DNA of 64,000 nucleotides from Halobacteriovoraceae bacterium (GTDB lineage Bacteria; Bdellovibrionota; Bacteriovoracia; Bacteriovoracales; Bacteriovoracaceae), in assembly GCA_040382195.1 (NCBI GenBank), contig JBEIFX010000002.1, positions 42,006 through 106,005 of the forward strand, written 5' to 3'. The notes under the pieces are model-generated. The model searched no databases. It was not told the DNA's origin and worked only from the letters and a program-made list of their open reading frames with translations. A program made the position numbers and the translations under genes. Of this stretch, positions 1 to 8,696 are shown one piece after another; the stretch's first letter is position 1; every line of letters begins with the position of its first letter.

Positions 1-1
1 A

Positions 2-208
2 AAAGAAATCATTGAAACTTGCAACAAACTGGGCATAGGCCCTATGGGTTTTGGCGGCAAAACCACACTTCTATCCTGCAAGATGACTCATTCCAATCGA
101 GTACCAGCTTCATTCTTTGTCTCTATCTCCTATATGTGCTGGGCGTTCAGACGGCAGGGTGTCGTTATTGAATCAAAAAAACATATCATCAAGAAATGGC
201 TTTACTAG
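2..208 (+). CDS. 3' end of class I fumarate hydratase / Fe-S hydro-lyase alpha subunit (partial, runs off window start)
   Basis: Frame 2 reads KEIIETCNKLGIGPMGFGGKTTLLSCK...PASFFVSISYMCWAFRR...WLY*. The GIGPMGFGG and CWA-R motifs fit the alpha subunit. TAG at 206-208 overlaps the AGGAG RBS of the beta subunit. Confidence 0.85.
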   Translation, partial: KEIIETCNKLGIGPMGFGGKTTLLSCKMTHSNRVPASFFVSISYMCWAFRRQGVVIESKKHIIKKWLY

Positions 209-217
209 GAGTAATCG

Positions 218-787
218 ATGAAACGTTTAACTTACCCCTTTTCTCCTGATGCAGTTCGTGAACTTAAAGTTGGCGATATGGTCCTCATTTCGGGAAAACT
301 ATTTACTGGAAGAGACGCCGTTCACAAATACCTTCATGAAGGGAACAAGTCTCCTGTTAACCTTAAAAACCAAATTATCTACCACTGCGGCCCAGTGACA
401 CTCAAAGATAAAAAGACTGGCAAATGGACCGTGACCGCTGCTGGCCCCACCACCTCTATCAGGGAAGAACCTTATCAGTGGGAAGTGATCCGCGATCACG
501 GAATCGTTGGAGTGATTGGTAAAGGTGGCATGGGACAAAAAACTCTCGATGCCTGCAAGGAGCACGGATGTGTCTATCTTCACGCCGTAGGAGGTGCCGC
601 ACAGGTTCTCGCTGAAAAAATAAAATCAGTTGATGGACTTTATCTGGAAGGATTTGGTCTTCCGGAGGCCATCTGGGAATTAACAGTAGAAGATTTCCCG
701 GTGGTCGTGACAATGGATGCTCATGGAAATTCACTTCACAAGGAAGTTGAAAATTCTTCAAAAGAGATTTTAAAAAATCTAATTTAA
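218..787 (+). CDS. Fumarate hydratase / tartrate dehydratase beta subunit (Fe-S hydro-lyase, C-terminal catalytic domain)
   Basis: Motifs GRDAVH, YHCGP, AGPTTSIREE, GKGGM, GGAA and MDAHGNSLH. Follows the alpha subunit. Confidence 0.9.
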   Translation: MKRLTYPFSPDAVRELKVGDMVLISGKLFTGRDAVHKYLHEGNKSPVNLKNQIIYHCGPVTLKDKKTGKWTVTAAGPTTSIREEPYQWEVIRDHGIVGVIGKGGMGQKTLDACKEHGCVYLHAVGGAAQVLAEKIKSVDGLYLEGFGLPEAIWELTVEDFPVVVTMDAHGNSLHKEVENSSKEILKNLI

Positions 788-900
788 GAGAATTTTCTAA
801 CTATTTATAATTGCAACTAATTAATTCATTCAAAAAATGGCTGGCATAAGATTTTTAATGATGATGATATGAGACCATTTCCATTTTTTTGAGAAAGAGA

Positions 901-1911
901 TCACCAACGATATATTGAGCTCGCCCAAGTGAACCCTGAGCCAAAAACGGCACTGGCCACCAGAGATCCTTTCTTAAGCTTACCCGCCTTCACGGCTTCA
1001 GTCATTCCGATGGGAATCGTCGCCGCAGTGGTATTACCGTATTTTTGAATAGTATTAAAGACTTTATTTTCAGGGATTTTTAATTCCTGCGCCACCATCT
1101 GATTAATGCGCATATTTGCCTGATGAAAAAGGAAAAGATCGATGTCTTCAAGTTTTAGCTTATTTTTATCTAAAGCAAGCATAGTACATTCACAGAGGCG
1201 CCTTACGGCATTAGCGAAGACTTTTTTCCCATTCATATAGGGATAGTGTTTACTCGCTTCAATCATACTATGATCAAGGCGATTAGGGCCCAACGCCATC
1301 CCCGGAGCTTCCATCCAAAGTTCTCTGGCGTTCTGACCTTCGGCAAAGAGGTGGGTAGAAAAGACAAATGAATCTTTAAGAGGATCTTTGACCTCAGTTT
1401 GTCTCATGATAATAGCGCCGGCCCCATCTCCGAATAAGACAGCGACATCTCGTCCACGCGTCGATCGATCCAGACCCTTGGAGTGAATCTCTGCCCCAAT
1501 GACAAGGATCGTTTTATATTGACCAGACTTAATGAAGGCATCAGCGATACTCATGGAGTAAATGAATCCCGAACACTGCTGACGAACATCAATCGCCGGT
1601 ATTTCAGATAATCCTAGTTTGGGTTGAAGAAAGCAGGCATTACCGGGGAAGTCGTGATCCGGTGAAATATGGGCAAAAATAATGCAATCAATTTCATTCT
1701 TATCGATCCCAGCATTTCTTATCGCCTCCTCAGCGGCAATTAAGGCAAGATCAGTGGTTGTCACCTCCGGATCAACCCAACGACGCTCCTCGATTCCAGA
1801 GCGCTGAACGATCCAGTCATGAGATGTCTCCATCATCTTCTCTAGATCATGATTAGTAATAACCCCCGGAGGAACATACATGCCACATCCGATAATCTCT
1901 GATTGATACAT
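901..1911 (-). CDS. fabH: 3-oxoacyl-ACP synthase III family protein
   Basis: QQCSG (catalytic Cys), LFGDGAGA, HQAN (His) and YGNTTAA (Asn). Confidence 0.9.
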   Translation of the reverse strand: MYQSEIIGCGMYVPPGVITNHDLEKMMETSHDWIVQRSGIEERRWVDPEVTTTDLALIAAEEAIRNAGIDKNEIDCIIFAHISPDHDFPGNACFLQPKLGLSEIPAIDVRQQCSGFIYSMSIADAFIKSGQYKTILVIGAEIHSKGLDRSTRGRDVAVLFGDGAGAIIMRQTEVKDPLKDSFVFSTHLFAEGQNARELWMEAPGMALGPNRLDHSMIEASKHYPYMNGKKVFANAVRRLCECTMLALDKNKLKLEDIDLFLFHQANMRINQMVAQELKIPENKVFNTIQKYGNTTAATIPIGMTEAVKAGKLKKGSLVASAVFGSGFTWASSIYRW

Positions 1912-1914
1912 AAT

Positions 1915-2655
1915 TTACTCCGCGAAAGATTCGTTCCATTCTAAGTTGTGGTAGACTTTGGTTACATCATCATCTGATTCAATAGCATCAATGAGCTTTT
2001 GAATTTTCTCATAAGTTTCTTTGATGACTTCTTTAGTATTGAGAGGGAGTCTCTCCAAACCTGAATCCTCGATCTTGATCTTTAGGGCATCGAGTTTTTT
2101 GTATACGTCATGATAGGAATCGGTAGGTGCCTTCACTGTGACAAACCCGTCCTCAAGTTCGACATCATCGATGTTGAAGTCAATGAGCTCCATCATGAGA
2201 TCATCCGTGGACATTCCTTTCAAATCCTCTTCTTTTAAAGTGAACAAGGCTTTTCTTTCGAAGACAAACTGCAGACACCCCGGGGTTCCAAGAGAGCCGC
2301 CGTATTTATTAAAGTATGAGCGAATATTACTCACTGTTCTCGTTGGATTATCCGTGGCAGATTCGATAAAAATAGCAACCCCTCCTTCGCCATAGCCTTC
2401 GTAGTTTATTTCCTCGACGACTGCGCCATCCTGGCCAAGCCCCTTCTTGATCGCTTTGTCGACATTGTCACGAGGAACATTGTTATCCTTAGCTTTTTGG
2501 AGAGCAATTTTTAAAGCAAAGTTCGACTCAACCTCGGCGTGACCTGAGTTTTTTACGGCCATCAAAATCTCTCTTAAAACTTTGGTATAGCTTTGAGAGC
2601 GCGCCTTATCTTGCGCAGCTTTTTTCATCTTGATGTTGTTCCATTTACGTCCCAC
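1915..2655 (-). CDS. yebC: YebC/PmpR family protein
   Basis: N-terminal GRKWNNIK, YEGYGEGG, TDNPTRT and VYHN. GTG start with an AGGAG RBS. Confidence 0.92.
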   Translation of the reverse strand: MGRKWNNIKMKKAAQDKARSQSYTKVLREILMAVKNSGHAEVESNFALKIALQKAKDNNVPRDNVDKAIKKGLGQDGAVVEEINYEGYGEGGVAIFIESATDNPTRTVSNIRSYFNKYGGSLGTPGCLQFVFERKALFTLKEEDLKGMSTDDLMMELIDFNIDDVELEDGFVTVKAPTDSYHDVYKKLDALKIKIEDSGLERLPLNTKEVIKETYEKIQKLIDAIESDDDVTKVYHNLEWNESFAE

Positions 2656-2902
2656 GAGGCACTCCTAAAAAGTTTAAAATATCAAAATCCACTATAGCTT
2701 AAAAGAGACAAATTAGCTCTCAAAACTGGAGATAATGCATTGTGACTAGGAAAATCATCATGTCGATAACGAAACCAAAAAACTATGCTTTCACTTAATA
2801 ATCACCAAAAGGCGGGTTGATGACTTTAAAAAGTTTATCTTATCGATTATTAACCTCCCAGAAAAATATCTTTTACTTGGAAATAAGCTTTTAAAATTAA
2901 AA

Positions 2903-3115
2903 GTGAAAAAAAGAAACTTAAATAAAAATTTTAAAGGTTTTATTGATGAGGAGAGAAAAGTCGTTAATCAGGGAGTTGATAACCATGCAGATGCTGATCC
3001 TGCTTCAATTGCGATCTTAAAAAATGACGTTTCGAAAGCTTTGAAAGAACTCATAGATGGCAAAAAAATCATAGTACACACAACAAAGCTTTACGGATAC
3101 TCGACTAGGTATTAG
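2903..3115 (+). CDS. Small hypothetical protein (70 aa)
   Basis: ORF with GTG start fills an intergenic gap. No recognisable motif. Confidence 0.35.
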   Translation: MKKRNLNKNFKGFIDEERKVVNQGVDNHADADPASIAILKNDVSKALKELIDGKKIIVHTTKLYGYSTRY

Positions 3116-3144
3116 CTGACCAATTTATTTAGGTAATTTGTTGT

Positions 3145-3173
3145 TTGTAACGCTTCAGATCTAGAGTTATGAT
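3145..3173 (+). promoter_or_regulatory. sigma70-type promoter for the 22-aa sORF
   Basis: TTGTAA (3145-3150), 17 nt spacer, TATGAT (3168-3173). Confidence 0.6.
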
Positions 3174-3205
3174 AAGGTATACAAAAAATTTCTCAAGGAG
3201 GAGAA

Positions 3206-3274
3206 ATGTTTTATAAACTCACAGTCTCTGTCATGGCCTTAAGTCTTTATTTTATTACTCAATACTTTCAATAA
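3206..3274 (+). CDS. Small hydrophobic peptide MFYKLTVSVMALSLYFITQYFQ (22 aa), not in the ORF track
   Basis: Strong RBS AAGGAGGAG ends 3 nt before the ATG at 3206. Upstream promoter present. Single-TM composition. The stop abuts the stop of the convergent methyltransferase. Confidence 0.65.
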   Translation: MFYKLTVSVMALSLYFITQYFQ

Positions 3275-3940
3275 TTAAATTTTATACTTTAAGATGAAGT
3301 GCCCCTTTCCTTCGATTTCATGAAGGGAGACTTCTTCTTTTAATGACAAAGCATTCATAGCTTTCAGAAAAGTGTGTAAGTAAGCTCGTCCTGGATCAGA
3401 AAGAACTATCACACCATCTGGTTTTACATATCTCAAAAGTCCCATCGCCAATTCTTGAGGATGCTTTGACTCATATAAAACATCAGAACCAATAACGACA
3501 TCAAATTTTTCTTCAAGAGCTTGCTCCTCTCTCCAATTCAACCGCTGGTATCTACAATGAAGAGAAGATAGAAGACAATTTCTTTCAAAGAACTTTTCAA
3601 CATCTGGATGATAATCCGTTGCCAAAACAAAACCTCCTAAATGACAAGCTACTAGCGAAGGAAGACCCTGACCACAGCCCAATTCCAGAACACTTTTATT
3701 CTTCACAAGTTCTGGATGCTCAGTCAGATAGATAGCAAGTGCTACAGCGGAGGGCCAGAGAACGCCAAAATAAGGACTAAGCTCTTCTGCAAAAAGATTC
3801 TTCTGCTCTTCCTGGGTCATAGCATTACAAAGAAGATCAATGGCTTCATCAAGACTTGTAATGGTTTCAATGGTAAAGGTTTTCCCACCGATTTTTATTT
3901 GTTTAATGATGGTAGGATAATTAACAGTAATCGATTTCAT
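3275..3940 (-). CDS. Class I SAM-dependent methyltransferase, protein-lysine methyltransferase-like (METTL21/Methyltransf_16 type)
   Basis: PYFGVLWPSA, VLELGCGQGL, ATDY, LNW and IGSDVLYE, the motif set of this family. Confidence 0.8.
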   Translation of the reverse strand: MKSITVNYPTIIKQIKIGGKTFTIETITSLDEAIDLLCNAMTQEEQKNLFAEELSPYFGVLWPSAVALAIYLTEHPELVKNKSVLELGCGQGLPSLVACHLGGFVLATDYHPDVEKFFERNCLLSSLHCRYQRLNWREEQALEEKFDVVIGSDVLYESKHPQELAMGLLRYVKPDGVIVLSDPGRAYLHTFLKAMNALSLKEEVSLHEIEGKGHFILKYKI

Positions 3941-4021
3941 ACAAATATTTTCCCTCTAAAATGCGACTCTGCCAAATGTTCTTACCTTGACCAGTAGTGG
4001 GAAGAAGTTTTAAATCAATTT

Positions 4022-4927
4022 ATGAGCTGGAGTCATTTTAAATTTTTCTATACCGATCACATCGAAGTTCCTTTACCTCCGGATCACCGCTTTCCCATGA
4101 GAAAGTACCGAATGCTTCGGGAAAAGCTTTTAGCGGAAAAAATTCTCACGCTTGATCAACTCTTCAAAGCACCGAAGGCCTTGGATCTAGACCTCCTCCG
4201 GGCACACACCCCTTACTACATTGAGGGACTCAGAAATAATACACTCACGGAAAAAGAACTACGACCAATAGGGCTCACCTGGACTCCAGAACTTCTTCTG
4301 CGCTCCTACACTACAGTGGGTGGCTTCGTGTCTACAGTGGAACATGCTCTTCAAGACGGATTCTCTGCTCTCCTCGCTGGTGGAACCCATCACGCTCACC
4401 GGGACCGCGGAGAGGGCTACTGCGTCTTCAATGACTTTGCCGTTGGGGCGTTAAAGCTTTTAGAAGAAAAACGCGTAAAAAAAATTCTCATCATCGACCT
4501 GGACGTTCACCAAGGAAACGGAAACAGTTCCATCCTAGGCCTCCGAGATGACATCTTCATTTTAAGCATGCACGGTGAAAAAAACTATCCTTTTAGGAAA
4601 GTCCCTTCGCATATGGATGTTCCTCTCCCCGAAAAGACCGAGGATGAAACCTACTTAAAAACCCTAGAGCAGGCACTTTCATCTCTTCCTACAGACGCTG
4701 ATATGATCTTTTATCAGGCAGGGGTGGATAATCTTAAAGAAGATACTCTGGGAACCTTTGATTTAAGTTTTAAAGGTCTAATGAAGAGAGATCAGATGAT
4801 CTTTGAATTTTCTCAAGGTAAACCGATCGCTATGGCGATCGGGGGCGGCTACGCCCGTCCTATTGAGCTCACGGTCGAGGCCCATGCAAACACCTTCAGG
4901 GTAGCAAGAGAGATCCTTTCGCCGTAA
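4022..4927 (+). CDS. Zn-dependent histone deacetylase family protein (lysine deacylase)
   Basis: HRFPMRKY, GGTHHA, GYCVFND, DLDVHQGNG, YQAGVD and GGGY. Confidence 0.92.
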   Translation: MSWSHFKFFYTDHIEVPLPPDHRFPMRKYRMLREKLLAEKILTLDQLFKAPKALDLDLLRAHTPYYIEGLRNNTLTEKELRPIGLTWTPELLLRSYTTVGGFVSTVEHALQDGFSALLAGGTHHAHRDRGEGYCVFNDFAVGALKLLEEKRVKKILIIDLDVHQGNGNSSILGLRDDIFILSMHGEKNYPFRKVPSHMDVPLPEKTEDETYLKTLEQALSSLPTDADMIFYQAGVDNLKEDTLGTFDLSFKGLMKRDQMIFEFSQGKPIAMAIGGGYARPIELTVEAHANTFRVAREILSP

Positions 4928-5062
4928 TCGCCCACAGAACCCAGACTAGAACTAACGCGAAAAGTTTCATAACCCCTATGTGATAAAAAATCAGGAAAGG
5001 AGTGGTAACAAAAGATAAAGGTATATAAAACTTAAACGTAGCCAAAAAAAATGATAGTCAAA

Positions 5063-5500
5063 CTAATTTTTATTCGATTTTGAAGTTGTTACAGGAATGC
5101 TATTGGCCTTCGAATTTAATTTTTGGAAAATTTTAATATTTATATCCTGAATTTCACACGCTCGAGGTTCTTGGGAACAAAGTTTATCCGATACACTTTT
5201 TAATTTCTTACTCGTAGCAGGATATGAAGAAAGTGCAGAAGAGATAATATCGGTATGATGAACTGGATCTAATTTAGGAATAAGAACTTCATGATAAAAA
5301 GCAACCTGACTGTGTAGTGCTGTGATGTCTTTAGATTTTTTCAAAACATCATTTGCTAAAATCTCAATACTTTTGTGAAACTTTAATATCATTGACTTTG
5401 TGAACTTAATCTTACGCTTTGTGAACTTAATCTCACGCTTTGTTGGCACCTCTATCGAGGAGTCATAATACCCACGACTTGGCATGAGAGCGGCGTACAT
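5063..5500 (-). CDS. Hypothetical protein, possibly the C-terminal half of the upstream FHA membrane protein
   Basis: Same frame as 5573..6157, and the frame stays open upstream to 5566 with a hydrophobic segment. Contains a 7-aa tandem repeat. Confidence 0.5.
   Translation of the reverse strand: MYAALMPSRGYYDSSIEVPTKREIKFTKRKIKFTKSMILKFHKSIEILANDVLKKSKDITALHSQVAFYHEVLIPKLDPVHHTDIISSALSSYPATSKKLKSVSDKLCSQEPRACEIQDINIKIFQKLNSKANSIPVTTSKSNKN
5396..5443. repeat. 21-bp tandem repeat (2.3 copies; a degenerate third copy at about 5370-5395)
   Basis: ctttgtgaacttaatcttacg / ctttgtgaacttaatctcacg / ctttgt, encoding KREIKFT-KRKIKFT. Confidence 0.9.
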
Positions 5501-5572
5501 AAAAATAACATCGGCAAAGAGACAATTGAAACCAACGATGAAAAGAAAAAAGAAGATTTTAAATATTTACCT

Positions 5573-6157
5573 TTAAGATAACTTAAGCATAAGAAGAAAG
5601 CATAAGAAGAAAGCAAAAGCAAAAGAACTCATGCACAGCATAGATAATAATGTAAATCCAGTCATTCTGCCGTGGTCAAGATAAACTCCGACGGCAGAAA
5701 GCGTGATAAAAATAAAATATGTTATTCTCGATGGGAGTGAAGCATTGTAAAAGTTTATGATATTATTGATTGAAAATATCCTAACTTGATCATTTAAAAA
5801 AGTTTCTGAATCATCACTCCTTATTTTCGGTTTTTCAAAAGACAGAGTGTAGATGTGTGTTCCAATTTGAATCTGATCATTTAATTGAATTTCTATCTCT
5901 TCACCTGGATTAACCTTATTTCGATTAACAAAAGTTCCATTTGTGCTTTTTAGATCTTTTATAAAAAAGCGAATCCCGCTCACACTAAACTCACAGTGTT
6001 GGGAACTTAGTTTGCTGTCCTTTATTTGAACTTCTCCTTTTGATCTTCCTAAAATACAAGGAGGTTTAATCTGGATAGTATCTTGTGAGGATACTAAGAA
6101 AAAATGTGGTGAATAAATCTCAGTTTGATTCATATCCAATTCCCTATGGCAATACAT
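5573..6157 (-). CDS. FHA domain-containing membrane protein
   Basis: FHA motifs ILGRS, LSSQHC and DLKSTNGTFVN, followed by hydrophobic TM segments. Confidence 0.85.
   Translation of the reverse strand: MYCHRELDMNQTEIYSPHFFLVSSQDTIQIKPPCILGRSKGEVQIKDSKLSSQHCEFSVSGIRFFIKDLKSTNGTFVNRNKVNPGEEIEIQLNDQIQIGTHIYTLSFEKPKIRSDDSETFLNDQVRIFSINNIINFYNASLPSRITYFIFITLSAVGVYLDHGRMTGFTLLSMLCMSSFAFAFFLCFLLMLKLS
5587..5612. repeat. 13-bp perfect tandem duplication
   Basis: gcataagaagaaa twice, followed by gcaaaa twice. Confidence 0.9.
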
Positions 6158-6389
6158 TATAATTTAAACCATAAAGGTAAGGGGTCTTAATCATAATTAA
6201 ATTTTTACAATCTTTTAAAACAGGGTCTTAGCTTTTATTGAGATGACAATTATTCCTTTCAAAAAAGTGTATGCCTAAAAATTTTGGCTTAATGACAAAA
6301 AAATTTAAGCTAAGTTAAAAAACCACGAGACCAGTTCATCATTTCTAAACCCAATGATTTTAAAACAAGATGTCTTATTATGTGAATAA

Positions 6390-7655
6390 TTACCTCTCCA
6401 CAATGGCGGCAACACCCATCCCTCCCGCAGTACAAATCGAAATGAGGACTCGGCCTTGCCCTTTTTCTTTGAGAAGTTTTGACGCTGTCGCCACGATTCT
6501 TCCTCCGGTAGCCGCGAAAGGGTGACCGACAGCAAGGCTTCCCCCTTTCACATTTATCCTCGATCGATCAATGGGCCCTAAAGCCTTTTCCTTACCGAGG
6601 ACTTTTTTAGAGAAAGCAGGATCTTCCCAGGCCTTCATCGTACTAAGAACCTGGCCCGCAAAGGCTTCGTGAATTTCGTAGAAGTCAAAATCTTGTAAAG
6701 TGAGCTTATGCCGATTTAAAAGTCGTGAGACGGCAAGAGTAGGACCCATGAGAAGTCCTTCTCCGTGAACGAAATCGACGGAAGCGACCTCCGCATCTTT
6801 AAAGTACGCTTCAACTTCAAGCTGATTCTCATTCGCCCACTCATCACTTGAAAGTAACACCACCGAAGCTCCATCAGTTAGGGGAGTTGAATTTCCCGCA
6901 GTGAGTGTTCCCTTGCCAGACTTATCAAAGACAGGTTTTAGTTTTGCCAGCTTTTCCAGCGAAGTTTCTTTTCGCGTGATGGGATCCTTCGATAGCTTTT
7001 TATATTTCACAATAAGATCTGAAAAAAATCCTTCATCATATGCGCGAGCGGCTTTCTGATGAGATTCAAAGGCGAGCTCATCCTGCTCTTCTCGTGAAAT
7101 CTTCCACTCCTTCACCATGAGTTCACAGTGCTCTCCCATGGAAAGCCCCGTGCGAGGCTCTTTCACCACCGGCACCTCGGGTTTTAGTAATGAAGGCCTG
7201 AAACCTTTAAGGACACTGAGCTTTTGGGGAAGCGTCTTCGCGTTTTGAAGCTTTAACAAGAGGTGAGTCAGTTTCCTTTGACCGATGAGCGGAATATCCG
7301 AATTAGTATCTGAGCCCCCTGCGATTCCGCTTTCAATTTGACCGGAAGAAATTTTAAGAGCGATGAGATTCACAGCCTCTAAACCTGTCCCGCAGGCCCG
7401 CTGAATATTAAGACCTGGAGTTCCCGGATTAAGCTTAGATCCCAGGACCACTTCCCGGGCGAGGTTCCAGTCGAAGGGGTGGTTCATCACCGTTCCCGTT
7501 ATCACATCTCCGATGAGTTTACCTTCGAGCTTGTTTTTCTCAACGAGATCATTAAGGGCCGTGCCCAGAAGGTCTTGGTTGGAGACTCCTAAATAAGCGT
7601 CCATGGATTTAACGAACGGAGTCCTTGAGCCATTGATGATTGCCACACGTTTCAT
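6390..7655 (-). CDS. Acetyl-CoA C-acyltransferase (thiolase, FadI-like)
   Basis: RTPF, RACGTG (catalytic Cys), HEAFA, GHPFAATG and ICTAGG. Confidence 0.92.
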   Translation of the reverse strand: MKRVAIINGSRTPFVKSMDAYLGVSNQDLLGTALNDLVEKNKLEGKLIGDVITGTVMNHPFDWNLAREVVLGSKLNPGTPGLNIQRACGTGLEAVNLIALKISSGQIESGIAGGSDTNSDIPLIGQRKLTHLLLKLQNAKTLPQKLSVLKGFRPSLLKPEVPVVKEPRTGLSMGEHCELMVKEWKISREEQDELAFESHQKAARAYDEGFFSDLIVKYKKLSKDPITRKETSLEKLAKLKPVFDKSGKGTLTAGNSTPLTDGASVVLLSSDEWANENQLEVEAYFKDAEVASVDFVHGEGLLMGPTLAVSRLLNRHKLTLQDFDFYEIHEAFAGQVLSTMKAWEDPAFSKKVLGKEKALGPIDRSRINVKGGSLAVGHPFAATGGRIVATASKLLKEKGQGRVLISICTAGGMGVAAIVER

Positions 7656-7666
7656 ACAGGTTTCCT

Positions 7667-7696
7667 TTGACTACCTACCGATAGGTAGTTTAGTAT
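7667..7696 (+). promoter_or_regulatory. sigma70 promoter overlapped by a palindromic TetR-type operator (7670-7689)
   Basis: TTGACT (7667-72), 18 nt spacer, TAGTAT (7691-96). The inverted repeat ACTACCTA-CCGA-TAGGTAGT lies between the divergent thiolase and tetR starts. Confidence 0.75.
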
Positions 7697-7719
7697 GATT
7701 CTACGAGGAACTTTGATTT

Positions 7720-8268
7720 ATGTCCACTCCTTCCACTAAGACTGAGTTATTACATGAGGCGAGCCGGATGCTCCTCGCGAAAGGCCTCAATGGTTTTAGC
7801 CTTCAGGAGCTCGCCGAAAAGCTCCACATAAAAAAGGCGAGCCTCTTTCACCACTACCCTTCGAAATCAGCACTCGCCGTGGAGCTTTATCGGTTTTATC
7901 AGTCTTCTTTTCTCGAGTGGGTGAAGATCCATGAACACGAACCAGCCGAGAGACAACTTCTTCGCTACGCGGAGAAACTGACGAGTTGGATCTGCGATAA
8001 GAAGCGAGTTTGTCCTGTGGGTGCCTTGAGCCTAGAGTGGGACTTAGTGGCGAAAGAGCTCCAGGATGAGATCTTGCAGCTGCACGAACTCCACAAGACA
8101 TGGCTCGAGCAGGTGTTCAAAAAAATAGATCTAAGGATCCCTAAATCGGACGCCATAATGGGAACCATGTCCCTGATTCAAGGGAGTATTCAACTCGCGC
8201 GCCTTAACAATGAACCGAAGCTTGTGATAAAAAATCTTAAAACCTATTTAAAAAGTATCAAAAAATGA
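7720..8268 (+). CDS. TetR/AcrR family transcriptional regulator
   Basis: N-terminal HTH KGLNGFSLQELAEKLHIKKASLFHHYPSK and a C-terminal CPVG motif. Confidence 0.92.
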   Translation: MSTPSTKTELLHEASRMLLAKGLNGFSLQELAEKLHIKKASLFHHYPSKSALAVELYRFYQSSFLEWVKIHEHEPAERQLLRYAEKLTSWICDKKRVCPVGALSLEWDLVAKELQDEILQLHELHKTWLEQVFKKIDLRIPKSDAIMGTMSLIQGSIQLARLNNEPKLVIKNLKTYLKSIKK

Positions 8269-8696
8269 CTGTCCATGAAGATTGGCTAAAAAAATTAAAG
8301 TCCTTCCCTCAAAAGAACATGACTCTCCCTCCTCCAACGTTGGTTGAACTAGGTCTCGAGTACCTGGAAGTTAGTCCGGGAGTAAAAATGGTGGCCAGAG
8401 TTCCCTTCCAGAAGCGCTTCACGAATCCTGTGGGTCTCTATCAAGGTGGAATTCTAGGGGCCTGTATCGACGAAGTTTTCGGGCCGCTTTCCTACATGAC
8501 AGCAGGGGCGCCCACCGTGACCCTCTCCATGAACCTGAGCTTTCTTAGCTCGTTTAAAGAAGAGATGGGAATTTGCCTGATTGAGGCTATCGTCCTTAAA
8601 AAGACCAAAAATTTCATCTTCATGCGCGCCGACGTGAGAACTCCCCAGGGCGATATCATTGCCCATGCTGAAACGCATGTGAAGGTTCTCTCATGA
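8265..8696 (+). CDS. PaaI family hot-dog thioesterase
   Basis: NPVGLYQGG...CIDE motif. ATGA overlap with tetR. Confidence 0.85.
   Translation: MTVHEDWLKKLKSFPQKNMTLPPPTLVELGLEYLEVSPGVKMVARVPFQKRFTNPVGLYQGGILGACIDEVFGPLSYMTAGAPTVTLSMNLSFLSSFKEEMGICLIEAIVLKKTKNFIFMRADVRTPQGDIIAHAETHVKVLS

Noticed and set aside
830-892. Inverted repeat tcaaaaaatgg...ccatttttttga between convergent genes as a terminator
   Set aside because: The AT-rich stem and 40-nt loop make it too weak to call.
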